DNA from: Mobula birostris
Lineage: Eukaryota
DNA: 64,000 nt
Direction: 5' to 3'
Assembly (NCBI RefSeq): GCF_030028105.1
Contig: NC_092393.1
Span: 31,101,248-31,165,247 of the forward strand
Made by a program: the position numbers and the translations under genes. Shown one piece after another: positions 12,322 to 24,900 of the stretch; the stretch's first letter is position 1; every line of letters starts with the position of its first letter. Under the pieces are notes generated by a model, which searched no databases, was not told where the DNA came from, and saw only the letters and a program-made list of their open reading frames with translations.

Positions 12322-13300
12322 GTAAGACCAAAAGACCATAAGACATAGGAGCAGAATTAGGCCATTCAGCCCATTGAGTCTGCTCCACCATTCCATCACG
12401 GCAAACCCCGGATCCCACTCAACCCCATACACCTGCCTTCTTGCCATATTCTTTGATGCCCTGACCGATCAGGAAACGATCAACTTCCGCCTTAAATATA
12501 CGCATGGACTTGGCCTCCACTGCAGTGTGTGGCCGAGCATTTCACAAATTTTCTACTCTCTGGCTAAAAAAATTCCACTTTAACTCTGTTCTAGAGGGTC
12601 ACCCCTCAATTTGAAGCTGTGTCCTCTAGTTTTGGCTACCTGCACCATGGGAAACATCCTCTTCACATGCACCCTATCTAGTCCTTTCAACATTCAGCGG
12701 ATGAGAGTAATACACCCATTGACTGCCATGTATGTCCAAAAGTGGCCTAAAGCAAAATCTATGAACATGTCCAGCTGAATCCTGGAAGAATTCCAAGCTG
12801 TAGGCTCTGAAGGAAATGGTCATGTTCATAGCTGCTGACAGAGCACATCCTATCGGATCAGTGTTTTTCTGATTTACCATTGAGCATAGAGTTATTAAAT
12901 AACCATGTCCCACTGGTCCGTGCTGACCATGATTCTCATCTAAGCCAGCTCCAGTTGCCTATATTTGGTCCATATCCCTTTAAATTTTTCCTGTTGATAT
13001 ACCAGTTCAAGTACCTTTTAGATGTTATCAATATACCTGCCTCCACCACTTCCTCTGGCAACTTAATCGGTATACATACTACCCTCTAGGTTAAAAAGTG
13101 GCCCCTCAAGATCCAATGGAATGCCTTCCCTCTCACCCTGAACCTATGTCCATTAGTTCTTGATTCACCAACTCCGGGCAGATTCACCCGATCTATCCCT
13201 GTCATGATTTTATATATTGTACATCTCATTCTCATATACTACAATGACTAGAGTTCTAGCCTGCTCAGCCTCTGTGCATGACTCCATTCCCCGAGACAAG
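12322..13300 (-). mobile_element. Two CR1 3'-end fragments
   Basis: agaccataagacataggagcagaattaggccattcagcccat tail and CR1 3' nucleotide pattern shared with 54480. Confidence 0.7.
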
Positions 13301-13896
13301 GCAATATTCAGTTTAGTGGTACCTTCCCTAAAAGAGACTGAAAAAACTCAATACAATATTCCAAAGCAGTCTCACCGACACTTTCTACATTGTCATCTTC
13401 TGAACCCAGTGTCCTGACTAATGAACAGTGTGTTAAAAGCCTTCCACACCACTCTGTCTTCCTGCGACACGATGTACTTGTAATTCTAGGTCCGTCTGTT
13501 ATACAACACTCCACTTGTTAATTGTTGAATGTTAAATCTGAACAGCACCTTTCACAAAGTTGGCATAAATTCTCAAAAACTTTCCCCTGCTTTTCCCAAA
13601 CATAAAATTAATATGCGTAACAATTAGGAAGAATTTTTTTCAAATAAATATGTAAGAGAATAGAAAAAGAAAGGAAACCATTTACCATCTAGTTTTCCAG
13701 TGCTATCCAATGCCAAGTATTCTCACAATGGTTTTGCTGTGTAGCTCCAGGAAACTGGAAAACCTCAAAGTTCAAAAGTCCAAAGTAAATTTAATATCAA
13801 AGTAATTACATGTCACCATATGAGATTAATTTTCTTGCAGCCATTCACAGTAGAACAAAAAAATGCTATAGAATCAATGAAGAACTACACACAACC

Positions 13897-14170
13897 CAGG
13901 GCAGTGTAGCGGTTAATGTAACACTATTACAGCTCGATGCATCAGAGTTTAGAGTTCAATTCTGGCGTCCTCTGTAAGGAGTTTGTGCTTCCTCCCTGCG
14001 AATATGTGGGTTTTGTCCGTGTGCTCCGTCTCCTCCAAGAGTCGAGTGATATACTGGTCAGTAGGTCAACTGGTCATTGTAGATTGTCCTGTGATTAGGT
14101 GGGTTTCTGGGTGGTGTAGCTTGCTGAGCCAAAAAGGGCCTGTTCCACGCTGTACCTCGAAATAAAAATA
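13897..14170 (+). mobile_element. tRNA-derived SINE, HE1-like
   Basis: Degenerate A/B boxes (gtagcggtta, gagttcaattc), gtgggttttgtccgtgtgctcc core, gggcctgttccacgctgtacctc and AT-rich tail. Confidence 0.65.
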
Positions 14171-14277
14171 AAGCCAAGCAAAGACTGACAAAGACAAAGG
14201 TGTAAAAGACTGTGCAAATACTAAAAAGGAAACAAATAATAAATAAATAAATAATACTGGTAAATAATACGAAGTAA

Positions 14278-14513
14278 AGACATCCGTTTTTCTTGGGAGA
14301 CCATGGATCTGCGCCTGGAAAGTCTTCACTCTTCACTGAGGTTGTCCAAGGGAAAGGCATTAGGACCCATACAGCTTGGCACCACTGTCGTCGCAGAGCA
14401 ATGTGTGATTAAGTGCTTTGCTCAAGGACACAACACGCTGCCTCGGCTGGGGCTCGAACTCACGACCTTCGGATCGCTAGTCAAACGCCTTAACCACTTG
14501 GCCACGTGCCCAC
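14278..14513 (-). mobile_element. tRNA-derived SINE
   Basis: Minus strand tggccaagtggttaaggcg (A box) and gttcgagcc (B box); paralogue at 17000-17277. Confidence 0.8.
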
Positions 14514-14789
14514 ACTGGTATATAATAAATATAAATTAACCTATATAGGACATAGGAGCAGATTTAGGCCATTTGGCTCATCGAGCCTGCTTTACCATTT
14601 CTTTATGGCTGATCCATTTCTCTCTCAGCCCCAATCTCTTGTCTTCTCTCCGTATCCCTTCGGCCTATTCTTGCCTCCAAGTACCCTGAAATCACATCCT
14701 GAACAATTGACTCTAACAACTTCCCAACCACTGAGGTCCAACTAACTGGCCTACAATTTCCTTTCTTCTGCCTCTTTCCCTTCTTTTTT

Positions 14790-15440
14790 TTTAGATTAGA
14801 TTAGATTATGAGGACACGCAGTCCTCTTTTATTGTCATTTAGTAATGCATGCATTAAGAAATGATACAATGTTCCTCCAGAATGATATCACAGAAACACA
14901 AGACAAACCAAAACTGGAAAACTGACAAAAGCCACATAATTATAACATATAGTCACAACAGTGCAAAGCAATACCGTAATTTGATAAAGAACAGACCATG
15001 GGCATGGTAAAAAAAAGTCTCAAAGTCTCTTGGGAGTCCCAACGTCTCACGCAGACGGTAGAAGGAAGAAAAACTCTCCCTGCCATGAGCTTCCAGCACT
15101 GCAAACTTGCCGATGTGGCACCCTGGAAGCACCTGACCACAGCCGACTCTTGAGTCCGTTCAAAAACTTCGAGCCTCTGACCACCCTCCGACACCGAGCA
15201 CTGAGCACCATCTCTGCTGAGCGCTTCGACCCCGGCCCGGCAACAGGCAATAGGCAAAGCCGAGGATTTGGGGCCATCCCCTCCAGTGATTCTCGATCGC
15301 ACAGTAGCAGCTGCAGCGAAGCAGGCATTTCAGAAGTTTCTCCAGATGTTCCTCCGTGCTCCTCACATCTGTCTCCATCAAATCAGGATTGTGCACAGCC
15401 TCCCACTTGACAGATAACAGATATCATTTCGTAGCGGCCG
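14790..15440 (-). mobile_element. Non-autonomous retroposon with (TCTAA)n tail
   Basis: ttagattagattag tail followed by tttattgtcatttag as in the LINE 3' ends of this window; CpG-rich body without a credible ORF. Confidence 0.5.
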
Positions 15441-16999
15441 CACATTTGATTGACATTTGCATTTCTCCAATCCTCCAGAACTGTGCCAGATTTATTCATT
15501 GTTTATTCATTTATTTCCATTGATTATTGAAAGTTCATTACTAATGCTTCCACTATCTCTTCAGCCTTTCCATCTGTTTTGCCTTACTGTCAAAATTATT
15601 GTATAAGTTAATGAGGACAAAACATGTCAATTCATGGCTCGCCTTTGTCTGGGCATAGTGAAGAGGATTTGTTAGGCCCTGGGTGGAGTGAAGGTTATCC
15701 TGATGTGCTCAGATTTTAAATTTGCAAGTTGATGGATTTCTGACAAGCGTCTGATGCACTGTTGATTTTTTACCGAATTAACTCCCAGCACTGCTCATAA
15801 CTAACCCCTTTACATTTGCACAGTATTCAACTCAGCTGTTTTTTTATCTCTGTTTTATAGTGGCATTTTCTTGATCTTCATAAATTGCATTAATTTGATC
15901 TGTGGTTGAAAATGCAGTCACCAAACCAAAGCAAGTTATATCTGTATGCTAAAGCAGTGACATCTGCCTTCAATGATTTTCAATATCTTCTACTTTACTC
16001 AGAGTAACCTTTGAGCACATATAGATGAAGCTCTGCCACAAAATAAAGCAGCATCCATCATCAAGGACCCCACACATCCAGGCCTTGTTCTCTTCTCACT
16101 GCTGCCATTGGGAAGGAGTTGTAGGAACCATAAGTCCCACACCACCAGCTTCAGGAACAGTTATTAACCTTGAACCATCAGGCGCCTGAGCTAGTGTGGA
16201 TAATGTCACTCATCTTAACTCTGAAGTGATCCTAGAACCTATGGACTCACTCTGAAGGATTCTACAACTCCATTTCTCAGAATCAATAATTTACGCTGTT
16301 TTTGGATTTGTGCAGATCATCTTTTGCACGTTGCTTGTTTGTCAGTCCTGGTGTGTGGACTTTCATTGATTTTTTTGTATTTCTTTGCTCTACTGTGAGT
16401 GGCTGCGAGAAAACGAATCTCAGGGTATTATATGGTGACATATACCTACTTTGATTAGACATTTGCTTTGAACTTTGAACAAGTAAGTGACTTGGATGAG
16501 AGCTGAAGCTGAGGAGAGAAGAAGACCTAAAGTCTAATTCTTGTCCTCAAATATCAAATGAATTGATGGCATTCGTATGTGAAGTTAACATAATCATAGA
16601 AGTTAGACTACATTCAGATAGACTAAAAGAAATGCAATCTATGTTTTTTTTTAACTGACATACCATCAACTAAAAACCTGTACATTCCTTAGGCCTGATT
16701 CCAGTCTTACCACACAAAGGGAAATCTGTATTCAAGCTGCTTAAATGGTTATATTAAACTCTATTCAATTATAAACAGTGTCAATACAGCTAAACAAAAC
16801 GGTGTTACTCTTCTCGTTTTCAGGTAAAACAATAACAAAAGTCTTGCACTTTATTGAATGGAACCATTAAGTCCATGCTTATTCCCTAAGGAGCAATCCT
16901 ATATTTTTTTTTTGACCCTTTTCACAGACATGAAAATTATTCTGCTTACACATGCCCATCAATTCTCCTTTGATTGTATTTATATATAAATGACTATAG

Positions 17000-17277
17000 A
17001 GGCATCCGTTAGTCTTGTAAGACCTTGGATTTGTGCCTGGGCAAGGTTGTATGGAAGACCGGCAGTTGCCCATGCTGCAATTCTCCCCATTCCACGCCAC
17101 CGATGTTGTCTAAGGGAAGAGCATTAGGGCCCATACAGCTTGGCACCGGTGTCGTCGCAGAGCAATGTGTGGTTAAGTGCTTTGCTCAAGGACACAACAC
17201 GCTGCCTCAACTGAGGCTCGAACTAGCAACCTTCAGATCACTAGACTGACGCCTTAACCACTTGGCCACATGCCAAC
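17000..17277 (-). mobile_element. tRNA-derived SINE (same family as 14278-14513)
   Basis: High identity to the 14278 copy, with A/B boxes. Confidence 0.8.
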
Positions 17278-17469
17278 AAATGACTATATGCTATATATTT
17301 ATCTCCATTAGTACCTGCAATCAAGATTATTTGCTTGCAGCCTGCAGATTATATTCTTTGATTTCTAATTTGAATTCAATTAGTAGTGTCAGTACACAAG
17401 CCTCTAGTTGTGCCCCATTTTATTTCCACTTTAACCACTCATCTTTGATCTTTCGTCCAGTTCCTATCA

Positions 17470-18035
17470 GGGGGTGTATGGGGTGTCAGGGAGGGGTAGC
17501 ACCTCTGGTGGGGGAACATGTCACGTCCTTTTCAAGGGGTTAGCCCACCTTTGGTCCCCCCCGGCACTCAGATCTCACCTGTGGCTCCCTGTAGCTGTTT
17601 GCATGCGACAGTGGCCACACCCCAAGCAATGGCTTCAACAAGCCGGCTAAACCAGGTGAGGGTAGCTGATGGGTCTCAAACCGTCGGTGAGATAGTGAGT
17701 TGTCTATCCCAGCATGTGAAGACAGACTCCGGCGGATTGAGCGGACGAGGCCAATGGAAGGTCCAACGGTCAAGAAGGCGGTCTCAGCAAGCGTTGTGGA
17801 ATGTGTAGATCAGGACAAGACACAGAAGATGTCCTGGCCATCCACTGCGCTTAGTCCCATCTCCAGTCGTCTCGACACTTGTCTTGCCACTGGATCCGGA
17901 TGGGAATTGGGAAGAAAGAGTGAGGCTGATGCTGCGCAACTCTCCCTTACTTAAATCCAAATCATGAGCTAGTCTCGACACCATCATCATGGTAATGGTT
18001 TCGAGGTCCTCATCGACGATGATGATGGACAAACA
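17470..18035 (+). mobile_element. Probable RTE-derived non-autonomous retroposon
   Basis: GC/CpG-rich non-coding repeat-like block ending in gatgatgatg microrepeats; family assignment from memory only. Confidence 0.4.
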
Positions 18036-20249
18036 GCCAAGCTTATGGAAGAGCACTGTGCCTTTATTCTGGCTGTGTTATAACTCTCAGGATTTTACAC
18101 CAAGTTTACTTTGAACTATGAACTTCGAGCCAGTGAAGACTCAATGGGTCATTTATAACGCAATTGTTGATGCTTTTTCCAAAATAAAAGGGAAAGAAAA
18201 CGTGATGTTATCCTCAGCTATTTTGATCCCATTTATAATTGAGTATAATTTACTAGACTCATTTAAACTGTTTTAATATACAGTTTCCTTTGTGGAACAA
18301 AATGAACATCAGGGCCAAGGAATTATACAAATCATTTTTAAGATGCACCAAGATGAATGCCGGAAGTGTTTGACTTCCAACTGCCAAACTTGAGTGTCAT
18401 AGCAGGAAAGAACCATGACATAATAAGATTAATCTAAGTATATTGGTCAGAATGGATGAGATGAGTTGATTGTATAATGCCATAAAAGTAAAAGACAAAA
18501 ATTCAAATAGGAGTTTATATCACAAGCTATCAAACCAGAATGAGTACACGAACAGAAACGTACAAGAACAGAAATGCATGAGCTGAGATCACAGGACTTC
18601 TTTACCTAAATGTGAATGCCCATGTGATTTCATAATTTAGAAATGGAATCCTTCATTGTATCAAATGCATCTTGGGCTGTGGTTTGCAAAACTTCCAGAA
18701 CCTATGCTCCAAATGAAATTCAGAAAATGTATGTAATGTGACTTCTGGCAGAAGCAACTTTCATTCGAGCCAATTTTATCTGACCTAAAACTTGACATTG
18801 GCTTAGATCTAAATATTGACAATTTTAGGAACTGGGCCATTTATTCTGTAAATGGGAGCTGCAGTGATGATTAAACTAACTCTTCACTTATTCCTTAGCT
18901 GATGGAAAACCTTTTCAGATATTCATGACAGATTCAAATATGCAAAAGAATGGAAAAGTAGATATAAAAGGAGTCATTTTAAGTGAACAAAGGAGTCAAA
19001 TGAAGTGAAATGGAAAGTATAAACTTTAAACTGGCACAGGAACTGTAAAAGGTCTGCTGAACCTTCTACTTCTACCCCTCTGGTATCAGATTTCTGCAAT
19101 GTTCATGAATCCACGAACATTGCTTTAATATTTGTCTTCTGCACTATTCATCCATCTATCTATCTACTTATTTATTATTGTAACTTACAGTTTTGTATGA
19201 TTTTCTCTGTACTTCTGCCATAAAACAAAGGATTATTAAGTGTCCATTAGGAAGGAAACCCATCACCCAAGATATGCCCTCTTCTCATTGTTACCATGAG
19301 GAAGGAGGTACAGGGCCTGAAGGCATACACTCAGCAATTCAGGAACATCTTCTTCCCCTCTACCATCCAATTTCTAAATGGACATTAAACCCATGAACAC
19401 TACCCCACTTTATTTTTTTAATCATTTTTTTTCTCTTTTTGCACTGCTATTCTTAATTTACCTATTTAAGTTCCATATCTATACTTACTGTAATTCATTT
19501 TCTCTCTGTATATCTATCTATCTGAAACTTTGACGAACTTCTATAGATGCACGGTGGAGAGTATACTGACTGGTTACATTATGGCCTAGTATGGAAAGAC
19601 TAATGCCCTTGAATGGAAAATACTACAAAAACTAGTGGTCTCTCCCCACCATTGACCACCAAGGAGTGCTGTCACTTGAAAGCAGCATGCACCTTCAAGA
19701 ACCCCTGCCTTCAAGGCCATGCTCTCCTCTTGCTGCTGCCATTGGTCCGAAGGTAACGGAACCTTAAGTCCCAGACCATCAGGTTCAGGGACAGTTATTA
19801 TATCTCAGCCATCGGATACTAAGCAGAGAGATTACTCCTGAAATTTGAACAACACTCTTTAAAAATGCAGCTTTGTTATTTGTATGCCTGTTGCCTCCTT
19901 CCCAGCTGGCCAATTGCAGTTTAATCACATTCTTTATCTGCCACACCTTCAAAGTTGTGGAACCTAATGTCTCTGCTGTAACTTGGGTCCTGTCCCATCT
20001 ATTTTCCCTAATATCTTTTCTATTCTATGCTACACAACTAATCATTTATAGTACCTCCAGCAACTAGACTTCCTTACAAGTACCATTACTTTAGCATGTT
20101 ATTCTTGGCTTTCTGTTGCACCCTCAATATCCTCTGCCTTCGCGTTTCCATCAACTGTGGTCAGGTCTGGTGCAGCCAGCTGGCATTCATCTCTTAGGTT
20201 CTCTGTAATTACACTGATGTCCCACTCGCTCTGGGTGGGCTACAAGAAG

Positions 20250-20412
20250 GTGAGTTGTACGGTTTAATTTGAGTCCAGTGCTTTCAATGATTAACTTGCC
20301 GAGCCTGCACATAGACTAAGAGTCATTTGTTAAGACTACTGTCTGCGGTCCTAACCAGCTGGGAGCAAACACTGCCTTTTCAGGCTGCACCATCACCAGG
20401 ATTTGGTCACTC
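20250..20412 (-). pseudogene. Integrase C-terminal domain remnant
   Basis: DQILVMVQPEKAVFAPSWLGPQTVVLTNDS / LVYVQARQVNH*KHWTQIKPY, resembling the P-x-W-x-GP and WxHxxxxK motifs of retroviral integrase C-termini. Confidence 0.6.
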
Positions 20413-20836
20413 AGCTATGAGATGACTACCTCCCTTCTTTCTGGATCTCTCTGATCTGTAATGTGCTACTGTTGTTTTGCTCGGTCCTTCAACACTTTAC
20501 CCTGATTACAGTGGTCCTTCACATCCCCACGTAATCTTATTAAATTGGTAGTTGCGGTTCCTTTCTATACACTTGTAACTTCTGTTGCTTCTTGCTTGTC
20601 TGCTGCCCTCCTCACACAGAGGTCTATCCACTCGCTTGCTTTTGGCTCCTTACTATCTCCTTTCTGGCGAGCCTTTATTGTAATCACCTCAGGCAGCTGC
20701 ACTACGTCAAACAGCTCCTGACTGTGCTTGGCTCCTCCCCTGGGGACCTCCTGACATGATTCCTTCATATCGCCTTGTCTCTCCGCCCTGCTTGGGGGTG
20801 CTCTCTCTCCGTGGGCCATGTTAGCTGCTTTGCAGG

Positions 20837-21122
20837 TCACACACTTTGCTCTCCCTCTCTTGTCCATGTTATTTCTCCTTTTCCTAAGTCTGTGATCGCA
20901 CCTGCTTTACTCAGTGCTTTGATTCCCAGGGTGTTGCTTTTAATGTTTGGGCACACCCAGAAATCTACAGCAAGATGCACTCTCTCAATGTCAAGTACCC
21001 GGGGCTGACTCCTCTTCACCCTCATTGTTTCGCCTCCTGCACTGGTAATGTAATTCACCTCTCTAGTCGTGGGCAAGGGTAGATCATGTTATTGATACTG
21101 ACGACCCTGTGTCCACTAACAT
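20837..21122 (-). pseudogene. Retroviral-type aspartic protease remnant
   Basis: MLVDTGSSVSIT* then, after a frameshift, PTTREVNYITSAGGETM...SNTLGIKALSKAGAITDLGKGEITW; DTG at 21113-21105. Confidence 0.75.
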
Positions 21123-21329
21123 TTCACGTTGCTAGCCCCCGAATAAATCTCTTGTGTATATCCGTGGATAATCATCACTGGCAACAAAGGCTGCCACCAG
21201 CTGTTTGTTTGATCTCACCAACTCTATAATCCGGTCAGCAGTCAAATCAAAAAGAGAGCGTGCTGCTATGGATTCTGCCTGCTTCAGTGAGTGATTTTCA
21301 TACTTACACTGTTCCTCAGAGCCCTACGT

Positions 21330-21650
21330 CCAACCTTGGTCTGAGAAGCCACAGCTGTAACAAATCATCTCCTTTACCCTCCCACGTCTATTCCAGCAGT
21401 TCCCTGCAACGTGCCCTGGCTGCTGGCATTCAAAGCAAGTTCTCAGCAGCTACATTCACTACAGCCACTTTATGACTTCCCCTGCCCCTCCTCTGGTCTC
21501 TCCCACTGGTCCATGACACTATTGCTGAGTAGGTCACCACTATCCTGAAATCTAAAACTTCCTGTCGGCTGTGCTCAGACCCAGATTTTCCTTCAGTATT
21601 TTCAGGAAGACTAGGTTTTCCATCCCTGGGATTATCCAACCCTGAATCAT
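21330..21650 (-). pseudogene. gag: gag remnant with nucleocapsid zinc knuckle
   Basis: RG-rich stretch, then RTCFECQQPGHVAGNCWNRRGRVKEMICYSCG (CX2CX4HX4C plus a second degenerate CxxC); stops and frameshifts present. Confidence 0.75.
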
Positions 21651-21661
21651 TCCTCATACAT

Positions 21662-21703
<42 letters not shown>
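21662..21703. repeat. (CA)n microsatellite
   Basis: About 20 CA units inside the ERV leader/gag junction. Confidence 0.95.
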
Positions 21704-21708
<5 letters not shown>

Positions 21709-21864
21709 TTTATAACGACCAGTTCAACTCCCACCATGTTCATATTACCTAACGATCCTGTAGCCACCAACCTGAACAGTCCAAGCGTGAGTGCTAATTT
21801 TAAAAATACTCACCCACTTAGACTGCTGAAATTGCTGGTCGCACAATGGGTCATGAAGGCCTTG

Positions 21865-21878
21865 CGGACGAGCCCCCA
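21865..21878 (-). promoter_or_regulatory. Retroviral primer-binding site complementary to tRNA-Pro
   Basis: Minus strand TGGGGGCTCGTCCG equals the first 14 nt of the MLV-type PBS TGGGGGCTCGTCCGGGAT. Confidence 0.75.
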
Positions 21879-22282
21879 ACATCGCTGTATGAAAAAGTCA
21901 CCAGGGAGAAGTACTAATAGCTATGAAGCAGTCACTTTATTCATCAAAATGAGGCACAGCATGTATCATATGGAGATCCTTTCAGAGGAAAAGACCTGCT
22001 CGACCCAACACTTCACATTTGATGTGCTAAAGATCAAAGGACAATTCCGTATTTATAATGCATCCACAATGCTTCCTTTCAACTACTCACAAACTTCAAA
22101 TTTGCCCCTTCGCACCCACACCACTGACATCTAAATGCATTTTAATCAGCATTGTCTGGTCTTCCTATGAATCGTGATTCAGGGTTTTCAGGAACCCATT
22201 GTTCAGAGTAGCATTTTAAATTTAATCTACAGTCTATGTCCACATTTGAAGATTGGTGGTGGAAGTCAGTTGCCGAAGTTAA

Positions 22283-24900
22283 CAGAATCAGAATCAGAAT
22301 CAGGTTTATTATCAATGGAATGCGTCGTGAAATTTGTTAACTTAGCAGCAACAATTCAATGCAATACATAATCTAGCAGAGAGAAAAAATAAATAAAATA
22401 AAACATAATAAATAGACAAGTAAATCAATTATATATATTAAATAGATTTTTAAAACCGTGCAGAAACAGAAATAGTCTATATTAAAATAAGTGAGGTAGT
22501 GTGCAAACATTCAATGTCCATTTAGGAATCGGACGGCAGAGGGGAAGAAGCTGTTCCTGAATCGCTGAGTGTGTGCCTTCAGGCTTCTGTACCTCCTACC
22601 TGCTGGTAACAGTGAGAAAAGAGCATGCCCTGGGTGCTGGAGGTCCTTAATAATGGACACAAAATATTCTGCAGATGCTGAGGTCAAAGCAACACTCACA
22701 ACACGCTGGAGGGACTCAGCAGGTTGGGCAGCATCCGTGGAAACGATGAGTCGACGTTTCGGGCCAGAACCCTTCCTCAAGACTGTAGAGGGAAGGGGCA
22801 GAGGCCCTATAAAGAAGGTGGGGGAAGGGTGGGAAGGAGAAGGCTGGTAGGTACCAGGTGAAAAACCAGTAAAGGGAAAAACAAAGGGGTGGGGGAGGGG
22901 AAGCAGAGAGGTGATAGGCAGGAAAGGTGAAGAAGGAATAGGGGAAAACACAATGGGTAGTAGAAGGAGGTGGAACCATGAGGGAGGTGATAGGCAGCTG
23001 GGGGAGGGGGCAGATTGACATAGGGATGGGGGAAGGGAGGGGGAGGGAATTACCGGAAGTTGGAGAATTCTATGTTCATACCAAGGGGCTGGAGACTACC
23101 TAGACGGTATATGAGGTGTTGCTCCTCCAACCTGAGTTTAGCCTCATCATGGCAGTAAAGGCCATGTATGGACATACCTGAATGGGAGTGGGAAGCAGAG
23201 TTGAAGTGGGTGGCTACTGGGAGATCCTGTCTGTTTTGGCAGACGGAGTGGAGTTGCTCAACGAGGTCGTCCCCCAATCTGCGTCAGGTTTCACCGATGT
23301 AGAGGAGGCCGCACCGGGAGCACCGGATGCAATAGATGACCCCAACAGACTCATAAGTGAAGTGTTGCCTCACCTGGAAGGACTGTTTGGGGCCCTGAAT
23401 GGTGGCAAGAGAGGAGGTGTAGGGACAGGTGTAGCACTTACGCTTACAGGGATAAGTGCCAGGTGGGAGATCCGTGGGGAGGGACGTGTGGATCAGGGAG
23501 TCGCGGAGGGACCGATCTCTGCGGAAACTGGAGAGGGGTGGAGAGGGAAAGATGTGCTTGGTGGTAATAATGGACACTACCTTTCTGAGACACCGCTCCC
23601 TAAAGATGTCTTATGTGCTAAGTTATATGTGCAAACCGCAAATATATCCTAACAATCACTAAAATATTTGAATTTGAATTTATTTAAATCTTACATCCAT
23701 CCCACAATGTGAGGGAGTAAAAATCTTTGTGTAATGACTCCGTTGCAATGTACAGGCATGTGAATTTAAAAGTCTAATGGTTCGTAGAAGGAAGCTGTCC
23801 CATAGCTTGTTGGTCCTGGTTTTAATGCTACGGTACTATTTGCCAGATGGAAGCAGCTGAAACAGTTTATGGTTGGGTTGACTGGTGTCGCCAATGATCT
23901 TCCAGGCCTTCTTTCTGCACCTGCTGCCATAAACGTCCTCAATGGAGGGAAGTTCACATCCACAGATCCACTGGATTGTCCGTATCATGTTCTGCAGTGC
24001 CCAGCGATCAAGATTAGTGCAGTTCCCATACCAGGCGGTGATACAGCCAGTCAGGATGCTCTCAGTAGGGCCCCTGTAGAAGGATTATGGGGATTTCGGG
24101 GATTATGCCAAACTTCTTCAATTGCCTGAGGTGGAAGAGACGCCGCAATGCTTTTTTTTTGCCACACAGCCCGTGTGTACAGTCCAGTTACGATCTTCAG
24201 TGATGCGTACACTGAGGAACTTGAAACTACTCACCCTCTCAACTGCAGCCCCATTGATGTTGATCGGGGGTGAGCCTGTCTCCGTTCCTCCTGTAATCAC
24301 GATCAGCTTCTTTGTTTTTTGGACACTGAGGAAGAGGTTGTTACCTTGGCGCCACTGTGTCAGCGTGTTAACCACTTCTCTGTAGGCTGTCTTGTCACCG
24401 CTAGAAATAAGACCAATCGATGTCGTGTCACCTGCAAATTTGATCAGCAGATTGGAGCTGTGTGTGGCAGCACAGTTGTGGGTGTAAAGGGAGTAGAGAA
24501 GGGGACTCAGGACACAATCCTGGGGGCATCTGTGTTGAGGGTCAGAGGGGCAGAGGGGCAGAGGTGAGGGAACCCATCCTTACCACCTGTCGGCAATTCA
24601 ATAGGAAGTCTAGGATCCAGCTGCACACGGCAGGGTGCAGGCCGAGGTCTCTGGGCTTCCTGTCGACTCTGGAGAGAATAATGGCGTCAAGTGCTCAGGA
24701 ACAGCATTCTAACATGCACATCCCTCTCACCAGGTGAGTGAAGACAGTGTGTAGTGCTGTGGTATGGTGTAATGGGTAGACCGATTCCGTCAGTAGGCGA
24801 ATTGTAGGGGGTCCAGTGTAGCTGAGGGCACGCTGCAGATATAATCTTTAAACAGTCTTTCTAAGCACTTGCTTATTGTTGAGGTGAGTGCAACAGGGCT
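22283..24900 (-). mobile_element. Rex1/Babar-like LINE 3' fragments (two tails), interrupted by a Penelope element
   Basis: PGHALFSLLPAGRRYRSLKAHTQRFRNSFFPSAVRFLN; NNLFLSVQKTKKLIV..VERVSSFKFL; (AGAATC)n and (TTTGAA)n tails. Confidence 0.8.
22661..23564 (-). mobile_element. 5'-truncated Penelope-like element (GIY-YIG end + pLTR)
   Basis: CIRCSRCGLLYIGET and EEQHLIYRLGSLQP; 13-bp TSD TAATAATGGACAC at 22648-22660 and 23565-23577, inside a Rex1-like LINE. Confidence 0.88.

Larger units (their letters stand above)
19850..22130 (-). mobile_element. Internally deleted endogenous retrovirus-like element (PBS-gag-pro-IN C-terminus)
   Basis: PBS-Pro 21878-21865, donor 21813, CCHC knuckle 21437-21396, LVDTG protease 21122-20837 and integrase C-terminal motif ~20412-20250, all collinear on the minus strand. 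Outer limits approximate. Confidence 0.8.

Noticed and set aside
14440-14513. tRNA gene-like sequence (also 17200-17277 and 13897-13970)
   Set aside because: A/B boxes run into SINE bodies, with no full cloverleaf; these are SINE heads.
20565-20867. 100-aa ORF with CVTC as an intact viral accessory gene
   Set aside because: It overlaps the end of the disabled protease in another frame and has no recognisable domain; kept only as part of the ERV relic.
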